A DNA stretch of 64,000 nt from Nitrosarchaeum sp. (GCA_965223865.1 OZ245020.1:288001-352000), one strand, 5' to 3'; positions 40,238-50,544 are shown, numbered from the stretch's first letter. The notes: generated from the letters alone by a model not told the origin. Program-made: numbers and translations.

Positions 40238-40901
40238 TTAGGTATAAGGCTCCAACTAGAATGCCAATCCCGGCAGCTACATAAAATGGAACTAATGCAA
40301 ATACGTTTCTTGCAGGATCACCTGAAAGAAATTCTACTGTCATTATTCCAGAGTTTACTGCAAAGGGATCAGAATAACTCTCCATTCCATATACGGAGTA
40401 GGAATCAAATGAAAATTTACCAATATCAAGATTAGAGACTACGATTCTGGCACCGTTATTTACTGTCAATCCTGCCCTTTCAGTATAAGAAACGATTACT
40501 TTGGCTTCTGGAAACCATCCACGCTCTAGATTACTATGAACTACAATATACCCTTCTTTTGGAGTCTGAACTGCAACCCAGAATTTATGTTCTGGTTGAG
40601 CACCCATACCTACTTCGACTATTTTGTAGGGATCTTCTACATCATAAATTCTCAAAACTGCATTACCATTAGGATTTGCATATAGAAGATTGTTGTCAAT
40701 GGTTGCCTGCCAACTTACAGCATGTTCCTTTTCCATTTGAACTATAGTGGTATCTCGTGAAATTTTATTAAATTCATCAGCAGGAATATCAATTGTTTCT
40801 ATAAGTAGTGATGGATTTTTTTGTTCTTGAGCCATTGCAGGATAAACAAAAAATGCTGAAAATACAATCAACATAATTAGATATTTCACAAGCAAAGTCA
40901 C
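40221..40901 (-). CDS. Hypothetical secreted beta-rich protein with C-terminal TM anchor
   Basis: Signal peptide ending PAMA; C-terminal hydrophobic helix followed by KKRS. Confidence 0.7.
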   Translation of the reverse strand: MTLLVKYLIMLIVFSAFFVYPAMAQEQKNPSLLIETIDIPADEFNKISRDTTIVQMEKEHAVSWQATIDNNLLYANPNGNAVLRIYDVEDPYKIVEVGMGAQPEHKFWVAVQTPKEGYIVVHSNLERGWFPEAKVIVSYTERAGLTVNNGARIVVSNLDIGKFSFDSYSVYGMESYSDPFAVNSGIMTVEFLSGDPARNVFALVPFYVAAGIGILVGALYLTKKRS

Positions 40902-40919
40902 ATCAAAGTGAATAAAAAT

Positions 40920-42062
40920 CTAATCAACAAATGGATGAGTCGAATCCAAAATTACTTTTGATACTTCAGGTCTCAAGATAAATTCAGATGGAGCTTGACC
41001 ATTTTGAATCATCTCTCGTAATTTTGTACCGCTTATCTGTTCTTTTGCATCATCATCATGTGGACATGCTTTAGGGTTTGTGTATGTCAAACATTTTCTG
41101 CAATAGAAAAATGCTGGGAAGAAAACTGGGGAAATTTCTAATTCTGGGTAATTATCAAAGATTTTCTGTGCAGCAAATGGATCATAGAATTTTCCAACTC
41201 CAGCATGATCTCTACCTATTATAATGTGTGTGCATCCATAGTTTTGTCTCATAATTGCGTGATGAATTGCTTCTTTCGGTCCTGCATATTTCATTTCAGT
41301 ATGTAAAGTTCCTAATTGACATCTATTTTCTGGATAATAATGCTTAATCATTGTTTCATAACATTTTACAATCACTTCATCAACAAAATCACCAGATTTC
41401 TTCTTTCCAATGATTGGATTTACAAACACTCCATCTCTTGTAGTAATAGATGTCTTTTGTAGCATTTCATGTGCTACATGTGGTGGATTTCGTGTTTGAA
41501 ATGCTACAATAGTCTTCCATCCAGCTTTTGCAAATCTTTCCCTAGTTTCTAGAGGCGAAAGTCGATATTTTCTAATTTCTGTTTCTTCTGGTCTTTGAAT
41601 AAAGTCAATTTTTCCACTTACTAGATAGTCTTGCATAGAAAATGTTTTTGCTACACCAGGATGTGAGGAATCAGTTGTTCCATAAACTCCTTTTGCAGTG
41701 TTTTCTTTATCGAAAGTAAAGGTCTCCTCAACATATAAAATTGCAACGCCGACTCCTTGAGGATTTTTTAATAAAATATCTCCAGATTCTTTAATTTTGG
41801 AAGCAGTTCCTTCATCAACATCTAACACCGTAGGAATGGTCCATGCTAGATCGTTTGATAATCTACCTTTTGAAACTACATTCTCAAAATCTTGTTGTCC
41901 TAAGAATCCTTCAAGTGGGCTAAAAATTCCATCAGCTATGTTTTCAACATCATTTGCAAGATCTTCTGTAATTGTAATAGATGATAATCCTGTTGGATCG
42001 GCTTTTGTTATTCTGTTAACTAGATTTCCACCATGTGGTTTAATTGAATAATTTTCTGACAT
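40920..42062 (-). CDS. sat: Sulfate adenylyltransferase
   Basis: [34 protein letters not shown]. Confidence 0.96.
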   Translation of the reverse strand: MSENYSIKPHGGNLVNRITKADPTGLSSITITEDLANDVENIADGIFSPLEGFLGQQDFENVVSKGRLSNDLAWTIPTVLDVDEGTASKIKESGDILLKNPQGVGVAILYVEETFTFDKENTAKGVYGTTDSSHPGVAKTFSMQDYLVSGKIDFIQRPEETEIRKYRLSPLETRERFAKAGWKTIVAFQTRNPPHVAHEMLQKTSITTRDGVFVNPIIGKKKSGDFVDEVIVKCYETMIKHYYPENRCQLGTLHTEMKYAGPKEAIHHAIMRQNYGCTHIIIGRDHAGVGKFYDPFAAQKIFDNYPELEISPVFFPAFFYCRKCLTYTNPKACPHDDDAKEQISGTKLREMIQNGQAPSEFILRPEVSKVILDSTHPFVD

Positions 42063-42071
42063 ACTAACCCC

Positions 42072-42788
42072 TTACTTATGGTCTATATGAAGGCCACACT
42101 CTTTATGTTCACCTTGTTCCCACCACCAACGACCTGCTCTAAGATCTTCTCCTGGTTTGATTGGTCTAGTACAAGGTTCACAGCCAATACTTGGATATCC
42201 CTTGTCTAGAAGACTGTTGTATGGAAGATCATTTTCTTTGATATAATCTTGAATATTTTTCCAAGTCCAATCAATAATTGGATTAATTTTCAAAATTCCT
42301 CCGTGTCCGTGATCAATTTGAAAGATATTCACCTCTTTTCTAACTTCAGTTTGGTCGCGTCTTAATCCAGTAATCCAACCATCAAGTGTACTCAGCATTC
42401 GATTAATAGGATGAACTTTTCGAATTTCACAGCATAATTTTCTATTCTCAATGCTCTCATAGAAGAGATTCATGCCTTTTTCTTTAACCATATCTTCAAC
42501 TTCTTTAGTATCAGGAAATAAAACCTCGATTGAAATATTGTACTTTTTTCTCACCGTATCCATAATGTCATAAGTCTCTTGGGGCAGTCTACCAGTATCT
42601 AAGGTAAAAAATCTAAATTTTGGGTTAATCTTTAGCATAATGTCCATAATTACTGCATCCTCAGCTCCAAAACTAGATGCCTTGGCAACTTTGGGATGAA
42701 GATTATCAGATGTCCATTGAAGAGCTTCTTCAGTAGTCTTTATTTTTGCATTTAGCTCATCAACCTCATCTTGGGTAAATTTTGTCAT
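42072..42788 (-). CDS. cysH: (Phospho)adenylylsulfate reductase, Fe-S (APS-type) motifs
   Basis: SFGAED, LDTG, CCEIRKV, GYPSIGCEPCT, RAGRW, ECGLH. Confidence 0.93.
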   Translation of the reverse strand: MTKFTQDEVDELNAKIKTTEEALQWTSDNLHPKVAKASSFGAEDAVIMDIMLKINPKFRFFTLDTGRLPQETYDIMDTVRKKYNISIEVLFPDTKEVEDMVKEKGMNLFYESIENRKLCCEIRKVHPINRMLSTLDGWITGLRRDQTEVRKEVNIFQIDHGHGGILKINPIIDWTWKNIQDYIKENDLPYNSLLDKGYPSIGCEPCTRPIKPGEDLRAGRWWWEQGEHKECGLHIDHK

Positions 42789-42800
42789 AAAAACAATTGA

Positions 42801-44000
42801 TTGATTTGTTTTATATTGATTACCCGAAGTTTTGACCTAAATTATAAACAGGGATGTTGGAAAAAAGAAAAGATGGACGAAGTTTCTTATGTAGTGGTTT
42901 TCCCAAACGATTTTTCAAAAAATAAAATATCTCAATTAATTTTTAATATTAAAAAAATCTTGAAAATCAAAAATCAACAGTTCCGTTCGGTAAAAAGAGA
43001 TGGAGATGTAATTCTAGTAGATACTAATGATCCTGTTTTTTCCTCATCTGCAATAAATCTACTTTTTGGAATTAAAAAAGTTGCAATTGCAAGAAAAATT
43101 AAAAATAATTTTCAAGATATTGTATCTGAAATTACATCAGTAGGAGGAAATCTGCTTCTAAAGGGTGAAAGATTTTTGGTAAGAGTTGAGGGAACATCAA
43201 AAGGATTTTTTACCAAAGATGTAGAGCTTTCAGCAACCTCATCAATTATAGAAAAAAAATCAAATATTGATGCTAAACCTGGTACAGATGAAGACTATGA
43301 TAAAATACTATACACCTATCTTACAAAAAATAATGCCTACGTTTGTATATTTTCAGATATTGGACAAGGTGGAATACCATACCAATCACAAAATCAAAAT
43401 GTAATCTGCAGTGTTTATGATGAAATTTCTGCTGTATCTTGTTTTGAAACAATAAAACAAGGATTTAATCCAAAAATTATCGTATGCTATCAAAAAAAAT
43501 CTGAATTGATGAATTTGGTAAAAATGATTAATCAGATTATTCCAAGATTAGTAAAACAACAAATTGATATTGAATTTTTTCATATTAATACTACTGGTTC
43601 AGGATTTAAAAATTATCTTTTAATTCATTATTATGTATTAGAGATTATGCTTCGTTTATCTAAAGTAAACAAGATCAATCATGTTTCTATTGCATTGTCT
43701 CCATTGATATTTTCTGTTGATTTGATTGATAATTCAATACAACATGTGTTTGAAAATGGTTTAATTCCAATAGTTCCTTTGACAGGTATAGATTCCAATC
43801 TTTTTGAAGAACTCAAAGAGATTGGAATGGAAAAGAACATTCCAAAAACAAAAAAACTGATTTCAATGAATGCAAGAGATGTACCAGAGCCTTCAAACAG
43901 AATAATAGATGAGGTAATAAAATCTAGAAAAATAGTCAGTATTAATGTTGGACCAAATAATGTTCATGATATACTAGATTCACTAGATAAAAATCATTGA
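42801..44000 (+). CDS. THUMP-domain ThiI-like protein with degenerate PP-loop (likely start ATG 42873)
   Basis: LFGIKKV, F.VRV THUMP region, GQGGIP linker; SGGxDS absent. Confidence 0.65.
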   Translation: MICFILITRSFDLNYKQGCWKKEKMDEVSYVVVFPNDFSKNKISQLIFNIKKILKIKNQQFRSVKRDGDVILVDTNDPVFSSSAINLLFGIKKVAIARKIKNNFQDIVSEITSVGGNLLLKGERFLVRVEGTSKGFFTKDVELSATSSIIEKKSNIDAKPGTDEDYDKILYTYLTKNNAYVCIFSDIGQGGIPYQSQNQNVICSVYDEISAVSCFETIKQGFNPKIIVCYQKKSELMNLVKMINQIIPRLVKQQIDIEFFHINTTGSGFKNYLLIHYYVLEIMLRLSKVNKINHVSIALSPLIFSVDLIDNSIQHVFENGLIPIVPLTGIDSNLFEELKEIGMEKNIPKTKKLISMNARDVPEPSNRIIDEVIKSRKIVSINVGPNNVHDILDSLDKNH

Positions 44001-44030
44001 AAATTTAAACAGCATACACTGGTTTGATCT

Positions 44031-45266
44031 ATGTACAAAATAGGTGAGTTTATCTATCCTTGGGGAAGTGGTCACTATTCTAGAATGATGAGACTCAATT
44101 CCGTTTTGGGAGACCATATCAAAGGAGAATTAGAGATTCATTATTCTAGCAAAGATCATGTTTATCAAAAATTATTAGAAAAATTTCCTGAAAATAAAGA
44201 ACAGATTCACGAAATTTTGATGCCAACTCCTATTGATGGAAAATTTGGTCCTAGTGTTTCTTTATCTATGTTCAATTTGTTATTACCAGTTTCACAAAAT
44301 CCTCCACTGATTAAACAGATTGCAAGTTATTTGAGACAAGAAAGGAAGTTGTATGATACTGAAAAATTTGATCTTGTGATTAATGATGGAGATATGGGTT
44401 CCAATATTTTAGCTAATAATCGTAATATTCCAAGTTTGTTTGTAACAAATCAGTTTATGCCAAAATTATATAAATCAAGATCTTATTTTTATCCATCACT
44501 GATTTTTGTTGCTAAACAGATTGCAAAAGCTTCAAAAATTCTTGTAGCAGATTCTCCACCACCATACACTTTATGTGAATATAATCTAAATTTTACAAAA
44601 GAAGTAAAACATAAAGTAATCTATGTAGGCCATTTTACAAATTCAAAAATAATTAAGAGAAAATCATTATCGGATCTTGAAAAATTAATTCATAATTCAG
44701 AATTTGGTTATTGGATGAGAACAGGAAATAAATCAACAAATGATGGAACAGGTCAAAGATATGAGGAGGTTTTTCAAAAAGACGAAATGAAAAATGAAAA
44801 GAGAATCATATCACACGCAAGAAATAATTCATCAATTGATTCAGTAATTGGAGTAGATGGAGAAAGATATTCCGTGTCAGATGCGCTAGAGAAAAAAATT
44901 GATTGGATTCAGATAGATATTGGCTTTCTATCTGAACAAGAAAAAGAAACGGTACTTGATCTTTGTAAATACGCAGTTGTTAATGGTTCTCATACTGTTA
45001 TGGGAGAGATACTAGGTGGAAAGGCAAAACCAATAATTGGAATTCCAATTTATGATGAGCACACAAATAATATCAAATGGGCTGAAGAGAAGAATCTAGG
45101 GGTTTTAGCCGTCAAAACAAAACAAGTAGTAGTGGCTATATCAAAAATCAAAAATAATTATAATAAATTCGAAGAAAATCTTGCCGAATTTTCAAAAAAT
45201 TTTGTTCCTAATGGAGCAGAAAGTTCAGCAAAAATAATAGCCGAAATATTAGAAGAAAAGAGATAA
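44031..45266 (+). CDS. GT-B glycosyltransferase (GT28/MurG-like)
   Basis: GSGHYSR, DLVIND, YVGHF, NGSHTVMGE, PIYDEH. Confidence 0.8.
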   Translation: MYKIGEFIYPWGSGHYSRMMRLNSVLGDHIKGELEIHYSSKDHVYQKLLEKFPENKEQIHEILMPTPIDGKFGPSVSLSMFNLLLPVSQNPPLIKQIASYLRQERKLYDTEKFDLVINDGDMGSNILANNRNIPSLFVTNQFMPKLYKSRSYFYPSLIFVAKQIAKASKILVADSPPPYTLCEYNLNFTKEVKHKVIYVGHFTNSKIIKRKSLSDLEKLIHNSEFGYWMRTGNKSTNDGTGQRYEEVFQKDEMKNEKRIISHARNNSSIDSVIGVDGERYSVSDALEKKIDWIQIDIGFLSEQEKETVLDLCKYAVVNGSHTVMGEILGGKAKPIIGIPIYDEHTNNIKWAEEKNLGVLAVKTKQVVVAISKIKNNYNKFEENLAEFSKNFVPNGAESSAKIIAEILEEKR

Positions 45267-45290
45267 TACATAATTTTGACATCTTTTTTG

Positions 45291-45361
45291 TATCTGGCAC
45301 GCGGGAAGTTCGATGGGCGAACGGACCGCAAGGGATGACGATAAAATCCGCGTGTCAGATA
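45291..45361 (+). ncRNA. Candidate 71-nt structured RNA with a K-turn
   Basis: 15-bp basal stem 45291-45305/45347-45361 with two G-U pairs; GUUCG/CGAAC hairpin; CGGA-CC-GCAA-GG-GAU-GACG K-turn capped by a GNRA loop; GC-rich intergenic island. Confidence 0.7.
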
Positions 45362-45421
45362 GAATCGATCAGAAAATTAATGTGGGAACGCTTTTATGGA
45401 AAAAATTAGGCCAAATCATCA

Positions 45422-45730
45422 GTGCCTAACTGTCCTGAATGTACCGCAAGAGAAAAAAAGAAAATTCAAGAAAAGTATGAAGCAGAAACTCCAGAAGAAG
45501 AAAGAGGGAGAGATGATTTGTATAAATTATTTGATCAAATAGATATTCCTATGAAATTAGATACTGCAACAAAACATTTCATTTGCAAGCGATGTGGACT
45601 ATATGCAACAAGAGAACAAGTTTCTGACATTAGATACAAACTCAACCAAAGGGAAAAAACACGTGAAGATAAGCAAGATGATTATCTTGATTGGTGGCAA
45701 AAAAGCAAAAAAGAAAAACAAGAAAATTAG
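45422..45730 (+). CDS. Hypothetical zinc-binding protein
   Basis: CPEC...CKRCG; GTG start with TTTTAT about 25 nt upstream. Confidence 0.75.
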   Translation: MPNCPECTAREKKKIQEKYEAETPEEERGRDDLYKLFDQIDIPMKLDTATKHFICKRCGLYATREQVSDIRYKLNQREKTREDKQDDYLDWWQKSKKEKQEN

Positions 45731-45738
45731 TGGTATTT

Positions 45739-46137
45739 ATGGCAAAAAAGAAAGATGACATACCAAGTTGGGTTACTGATGAGATTCAAAATGCAAAGTT
45801 TGGAAAACCGGAGGAACTAAAAAGATCTGGATACATTCTCGAAATTTATGATGCTGATAATAAAATAGATGCTCAATTGTATGATCCAGTTGAGGATGGT
45901 AGACATATTGTAACAATGGATTTACCAAAAAAAATCAAAGTATCAGATTTGGAAAAAGGAGTAGTATACGAATTTACTTTTGATCAACACAAGGCTCCAT
46001 TAAGTAAAAAAGTTTCAGAATACCTTCAAAAAGAAAAAGAGATTGATATGAATGCAATATATCAATTTGAGTTAAAATCTATGGAATTGCTAGATGTAGG
46101 GTCTAGCGAATCTGCAGATGATAATATGGATGAATAA
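45739..46137 (+). CDS. Hypothetical acidic protein
   Basis: Long open frame; start placed at ATG 45739, 8 nt after the upstream stop. Confidence 0.75.
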   Translation: MAKKKDDIPSWVTDEIQNAKFGKPEELKRSGYILEIYDADNKIDAQLYDPVEDGRHIVTMDLPKKIKVSDLEKGVVYEFTFDQHKAPLSKKVSEYLQKEKEIDMNAIYQFELKSMELLDVGSSESADDNMDE

Positions 46138-46139
46138 AA

Positions 46140-46940
46140 CTAATCACTGTTTTTAGAGTTTAATTGTTTTTTAAAAGCTGAACCTAGTATGGGGTTTATG
46201 AAATATGGAAATGTGCTCTTCAACCATACTACACCACGAACAGCAGAAGGTACAATAATTTCTAATCTTGGAGAATTTGCTGCTCTTAAAATTGCCTTTG
46301 TAACTGTTTTTGCATTAAGAGATGTTGGTGAATATTTTGGCATTTTTTCAAAAGAAGGATGATCAAAAAAATCCGTACGGACCATAATTGGGCTTACGAC
46401 TGTAACCCCAACACCAGATTCATTTAGTTCATGTTTGAGACCCTCAGAAAATCCCAACATAGCAAATTTCGAAGCACAATATGAAGCAATTCCTGGTAAA
46501 CCAAAACTTGCAGCAACTGAAGCTACATTTACAATATGACCTGATTTTCTTTCAAGCATAGATGGAAGAAAATTTTTGACACAATAAATCATTCCAAAGT
46601 AATTTGTTGCCATTTGAGATTCAATCTCTTCAATAGTTAAATCAGACACAGAACCATAAATTGCAAATCCAGCATTATTAATCAAAATATCAACATGACC
46701 AAACTTTTCTAAAACAGTTTCAGACATTCTTGAAACTTGGGATTTATCTGAAACATCACATTCGCAAATCATGGTTGATACTTTGAATTTTTGTAATTCT
46801 TTTTCAAGTTCTTCTAGCTTTTGTTTTCTTCGTGCAATTAGAACTATTTTGGCATCCTTTTTTGCAAATTCTATTGCAGTCTCTTTTCCAATTCCTGACG
46901 ATGCTCCGGTGATTAGTACAATTTTATTTTTAAAATCCAT
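46140..46940 (-). CDS. SDR oxidoreductase
   Basis: TGASSGIG, NNAG, YCASK. Confidence 0.92.
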   Translation of the reverse strand: MDFKNKIVLITGASSGIGKETAIEFAKKDAKIVLIARRKQKLEELEKELQKFKVSTMICECDVSDKSQVSRMSETVLEKFGHVDILINNAGFAIYGSVSDLTIEEIESQMATNYFGMIYCVKNFLPSMLERKSGHIVNVASVAASFGLPGIASYCASKFAMLGFSEGLKHELNESGVGVTVVSPIMVRTDFFDHPSFEKMPKYSPTSLNAKTVTKAILRAANSPRLEIIVPSAVRGVVWLKSTFPYFINPILGSAFKKQLNSKNSD

Positions 46941-46975
46941 AAATCAAAAAAATTCATTAAAAGATAAAGTGGTTT

Positions 46976-48016
46976 CTATGAAGCCTTAGGTTTTGATATC
47001 TTGCTTAGGGCCAGCTTGACAAGCAATAACCAAGTGATTGCTATTGGTACATAATAGGTTGCAATTCTCCAACCAATCACTGCATCCCAGGCAACTGCAC
47101 CTTCAGGTATGTCAAAGTTGAATGGATCCAAGTCATTAAGGTACGCAACTATGCCAAATTCGGCCAATCCAGAGCCACCAACAGTAATTGGCAAGTTTCC
47201 AATTGCATTTGCACCCATCACTGCCATTATGGACTCAAAGGCGCTGATGAAATATCCTGTTCCAAATGCAATTATCATAAATGAGATCCCATAAAATGCC
47301 CAAGACGCAAGTGAGAAGAAGAACGAAACAGTAAAGACTTTCTTGGATTCTGTTGTTCTAAGATTTTTTCTACTCATCATGCAGACTTCTGCCATCCAGC
47401 CATTTGTCTGCTCTATGTACTTTGCACCTTTCTCCTTTCCAAATCGTTGTACAAGTGTGGATAATACAGATGGCACTTGGAATGTTCTTTTGGATGATAA
47501 AAAGAACAGAACCATCCACAGTGATGTTACGGTGATGCTTGTTCCTAAGATTACACCTGCAACAATGTATGCACCATGCATCAAAGCTATAATTCCAGCC
47601 ATGATTGACAGTAAACCCCCTGCAAAAACCTCAGTTACTATATCCATTATTGCAATCCAAGTGGACTTTGATGGTGAGACGCCTTTTTTGTGCAGATAGT
47701 AAATTACAATAAATTCTGCCCCAACAAACATTGGGGTTGTAAACTTGATGAACTCACTTCCTACCCTTACACCAGTAAGCTTCCAAACAGAGTCAAACTT
47801 TCCAAGATAATTCTGAGCAATGTATGCAAACTTTACGCCTTGAAGACCAAGCTTTATCATCATTGCAACAACGGCACCAACAAATGGGAGGATTCCAATA
47901 GCCAAAACATCTTCTGGCTTTATGTCAAACTGGATGGCAATGATAATAATTGGAATCAGCGTAGCGGGGATGGCAACGGCTCTCCAGTTCATTTGATGAT
48001 TTCTTTTTAGATACAA
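46976..48016 (-). CDS. Lysylphosphatidylglycerol-synthase TM / UPF0104 flippase-like membrane protein
   Basis: TP..VGAE, LPITVGGSGLAE, WRIATYY; many TM helices. Confidence 0.8.
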   Translation of the reverse strand: MYLKRNHQMNWRAVAIPATLIPIIIIAIQFDIKPEDVLAIGILPFVGAVVAMMIKLGLQGVKFAYIAQNYLGKFDSVWKLTGVRVGSEFIKFTTPMFVGAEFIVIYYLHKKGVSPSKSTWIAIMDIVTEVFAGGLLSIMAGIIALMHGAYIVAGVILGTSITVTSLWMVLFFLSSKRTFQVPSVLSTLVQRFGKEKGAKYIEQTNGWMAEVCMMSRKNLRTTESKKVFTVSFFFSLASWAFYGISFMIIAFGTGYFISAFESIMAVMGANAIGNLPITVGGSGLAEFGIVAYLNDLDPFNFDIPEGAVAWDAVIGWRIATYYVPIAITWLLLVKLALSKISKPKAS

Positions 48017-48131
48017 ATATGAAAGTTGAGTGGTCTTTTCTAGATGATGGTTTTGTGTTTAGGCACAGAATTTCAAAAATTGATCAAATTCAAGTCGATT
48101 ATAGAATAAAATATTCTGAGTAGATTTAAGT

Positions 48132-48926
48132 TTGAAATATAAGCAAAAAAGGAAGATCCAGAAAGGGATGAAAACAATTTTTATTTCTGGAACTGCTGGT
48201 TCAGGAAAATCTCTTCTTTCATCAAAACTAAATGAATATTATACAAAAAATGGTGCATTTACTGCTGTCTTGAATCTAGATCCAGGTGTTGAAAACTTGC
48301 CATACACATGTGATATTGATGTCAGGGATTACGTAGACATTGTATCGATAATGAATCAGTATGACTTGGGACCTAATGGTGCACTTGTCATGGCAAATGA
48401 TCTAATAGCTTCTAAAATTGATGATATTCAAAATGAAGTTAATAGAGTTAATCCAGATTATCTGATAGTTGATACGCCAGGTCAGATAGAATTATTTGCA
48501 TATCGTTCTAGTGGTAGATTTCTTGTGGAAAATATTACCTCTGAAGAAAAGACAAGTCTTTTTCTCTTTGATGGTGCATTAATTACCACTCCAGTAAATT
48601 TTGTATCTATTGCACTTTTAGCTACATCCATTAGACTACGTTTGAATTTGCCTACAGTTAATGTGGTTACTAAAGCAGATCTGATTGGCTCAAAGATTAA
48701 AGATATTCTTCAGTGGTCTACTAGTATTAGAACTCTTGAGAATGCAATTGCTAATGAGGCAGATGGTGAAACCTACTCACTAACTACAAATATTTTACGA
48801 GGTTTAAACTTGAGTGGATTTGCGCAAGGATTAATTCCGATTTCTAATGTAACAGGTGAAGGATTGGTGAATTTAGAAGGGGCATTAAGCAGAATTCTTA
48901 ATTTGGGTGAAGAGGTAGAAGACTAG
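48132..48926 (+). CDS. GPN-loop GTPase (likely start ATG 48168)
   Basis: GTAGSGKS, NLDPG, LGPNGA, DTPGQIELF. Confidence 0.93.
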   Translation: MKYKQKRKIQKGMKTIFISGTAGSGKSLLSSKLNEYYTKNGAFTAVLNLDPGVENLPYTCDIDVRDYVDIVSIMNQYDLGPNGALVMANDLIASKIDDIQNEVNRVNPDYLIVDTPGQIELFAYRSSGRFLVENITSEEKTSLFLFDGALITTPVNFVSIALLATSIRLRLNLPTVNVVTKADLIGSKIKDILQWSTSIRTLENAIANEADGETYSLTTNILRGLNLSGFAQGLIPISNVTGEGLVNLEGALSRILNLGEEVED

Positions 48927-49853
48927 ATGACTTCAAAAGTTACTGTTACAGCTCCATCATCTACTGCAAACTTGGGCCCTGGATTCGATGTGTTTGGATT
49001 GGCAGTTGATGCATTTTTTGATCAGATTACATTAACAAAAAAGAAGCAAAAAGGAATCAGTATTGTTACTGAAGATAAGATTCCAACTAATCCTGAGAAT
49101 AATACTGCAGGATTAGTTGTAAAAAACATGATGAAAAGATTCAAAATCAAAGATGGTATTGAAGTCAGAATCAAAAAAGGAGTTCCCGCAGGATTTGGAA
49201 TGGGTAGTAGTGCAGCATCAGCTGCTGCAACAGCAGTTGCCTTTGACAAATTGTATGGATTGAAGCTTGATGGAAGTTCCTTGGTAGAATTTGCAGGATC
49301 AGGAGAGAAAGCTAGTGCAGGATCTGTTCACTATGATAATGTTGCTGCATCTGTATTAGGTGGATTTGTTATTGTTAAAACAAACCCATTAGAAATAATC
49401 CAAATTGTACCTCCAACAAATCTAAAGATGTGTGTCGCAATTCCAAAATTAATAGTTCCAAAAAAAAAGACCAAGGTTTCAAGAGGAGTAATTCCTAGTA
49501 AAGTGAATTTGGGTGATAGTGTTTTGAATTTATCAAATGCAGCAGCAATTGTGGCAGGATTTATGAAAAAAGACCCTGAATTGATCGGAAGATCAATTCA
49601 AGATGTTATTGTTGAACCTGCGCGGCAACATATGATTCCTGGATTTGTAAAAGTAAAAGAAAATGCACTAAAATCAGGTGCACTAGGTGTAACTATCAGT
49701 GGAGCGGGACCCTCAGTTATTGCATTTTCAAAAAGTTCGGCCAATTTGAAGGGAATCTGTATGGCAATGACTAGAGGGTTTTCATCTGCAAATACTAAAT
49801 GCCAGACTGTTATTTGTAAACCAAGTAAGGGTGCTACAGTAATAAGAAAATAA
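48927..49853 (+). CDS. thrB: Homoserine kinase
   Basis: PSSTANLGPGFD, PAGFGMGSSAAS, HYDNVA, ISGAGPS. Confidence 0.95.
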   Translation: MTSKVTVTAPSSTANLGPGFDVFGLAVDAFFDQITLTKKKQKGISIVTEDKIPTNPENNTAGLVVKNMMKRFKIKDGIEVRIKKGVPAGFGMGSSAASAAATAVAFDKLYGLKLDGSSLVEFAGSGEKASAGSVHYDNVAASVLGGFVIVKTNPLEIIQIVPPTNLKMCVAIPKLIVPKKKTKVSRGVIPSKVNLGDSVLNLSNAAAIVAGFMKKDPELIGRSIQDVIVEPARQHMIPGFVKVKENALKSGALGVTISGAGPSVIAFSKSSANLKGICMAMTRGFSSANTKCQTVICKPSKGATVIRK

Positions 49854-49868
49854 TTTGAAGGGAGGTCT

Positions 49869-50543
49869 ATGAAAAAAGCTGTAATTGTATTTAGTGGAGG
49901 AATAGATTCTGTTTGTTCAGCATCATTTTTAAAACCAAAATACGATCTTTATGGAATTTCGTTTTCGTATGGTCAAAAAGCTAGTCAGGAAATTGTTACG
50001 GCAAAAAGGTTTGTAAAAAAACTAGGATTAAAACAACATAAGATTATCGATATTAATTTTATGAAAAATTTGTATGGAGATTCAAACGTCTTAACAAGTA
50101 ATAAAAAGAAAATACCAAGTGAATTTGACTATTCAATTGTGGTGCCTATTAGAAACGCAGTTTTTCTGTCTATAGCCTCTGCATGGGCTTACACTTTGAA
50201 TGCTTCTCTTGTAGCATATGGAGCACATACTGGTGACAAACAATATCCTGATTGTAGACCAGTTTTTGCAAAAAAATTAGAATCAGCATTCAATCAAGGT
50301 GAAATTGATGGAATAAACTCAGGATTACGAAAAAATATTGAAATATGGTCGCCTTATCGTAATGGTTTATCAAAAAGTGATTTGTTAAAAGAGGGAATAA
50401 GAAATTTGGGAGATTCGATTTTTGGTACATGGAGTTGTTATTCTAATAAAAAATTTCATTGTGGTATTTGTGAATCTTGTAATAATAGAAAAAGTGCATT
50501 TGACAAGGCTGGAATAAAAGACAAAACAAAATACATAAAATAA
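49869..50543 (+). CDS. queC: 7-cyano-7-deazaguanine synthase
   Basis: SGGIDS, YGQ, VPIRN, YPDCRP, TWSCY..HCG.C.SC. Confidence 0.94.
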   Translation: MKKAVIVFSGGIDSVCSASFLKPKYDLYGISFSYGQKASQEIVTAKRFVKKLGLKQHKIIDINFMKNLYGDSNVLTSNKKKIPSEFDYSIVVPIRNAVFLSIASAWAYTLNASLVAYGAHTGDKQYPDCRPVFAKKLESAFNQGEIDGINSGLRKNIEIWSPYRNGLSKSDLLKEGIRNLGDSIFGTWSCYSNKKFHCGICESCNNRKSAFDKAGIKDKTKYIK

Positions 50544-50544
50544 T

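Noticed and set aside
45305-45345. Fluoride-riboswitch resemblance (GAUGG ... GAUGAC)
   Set aside because: The required pseudoknot complementarity is missing, no fluoride-related gene follows, and a K-turn explains the sequence better
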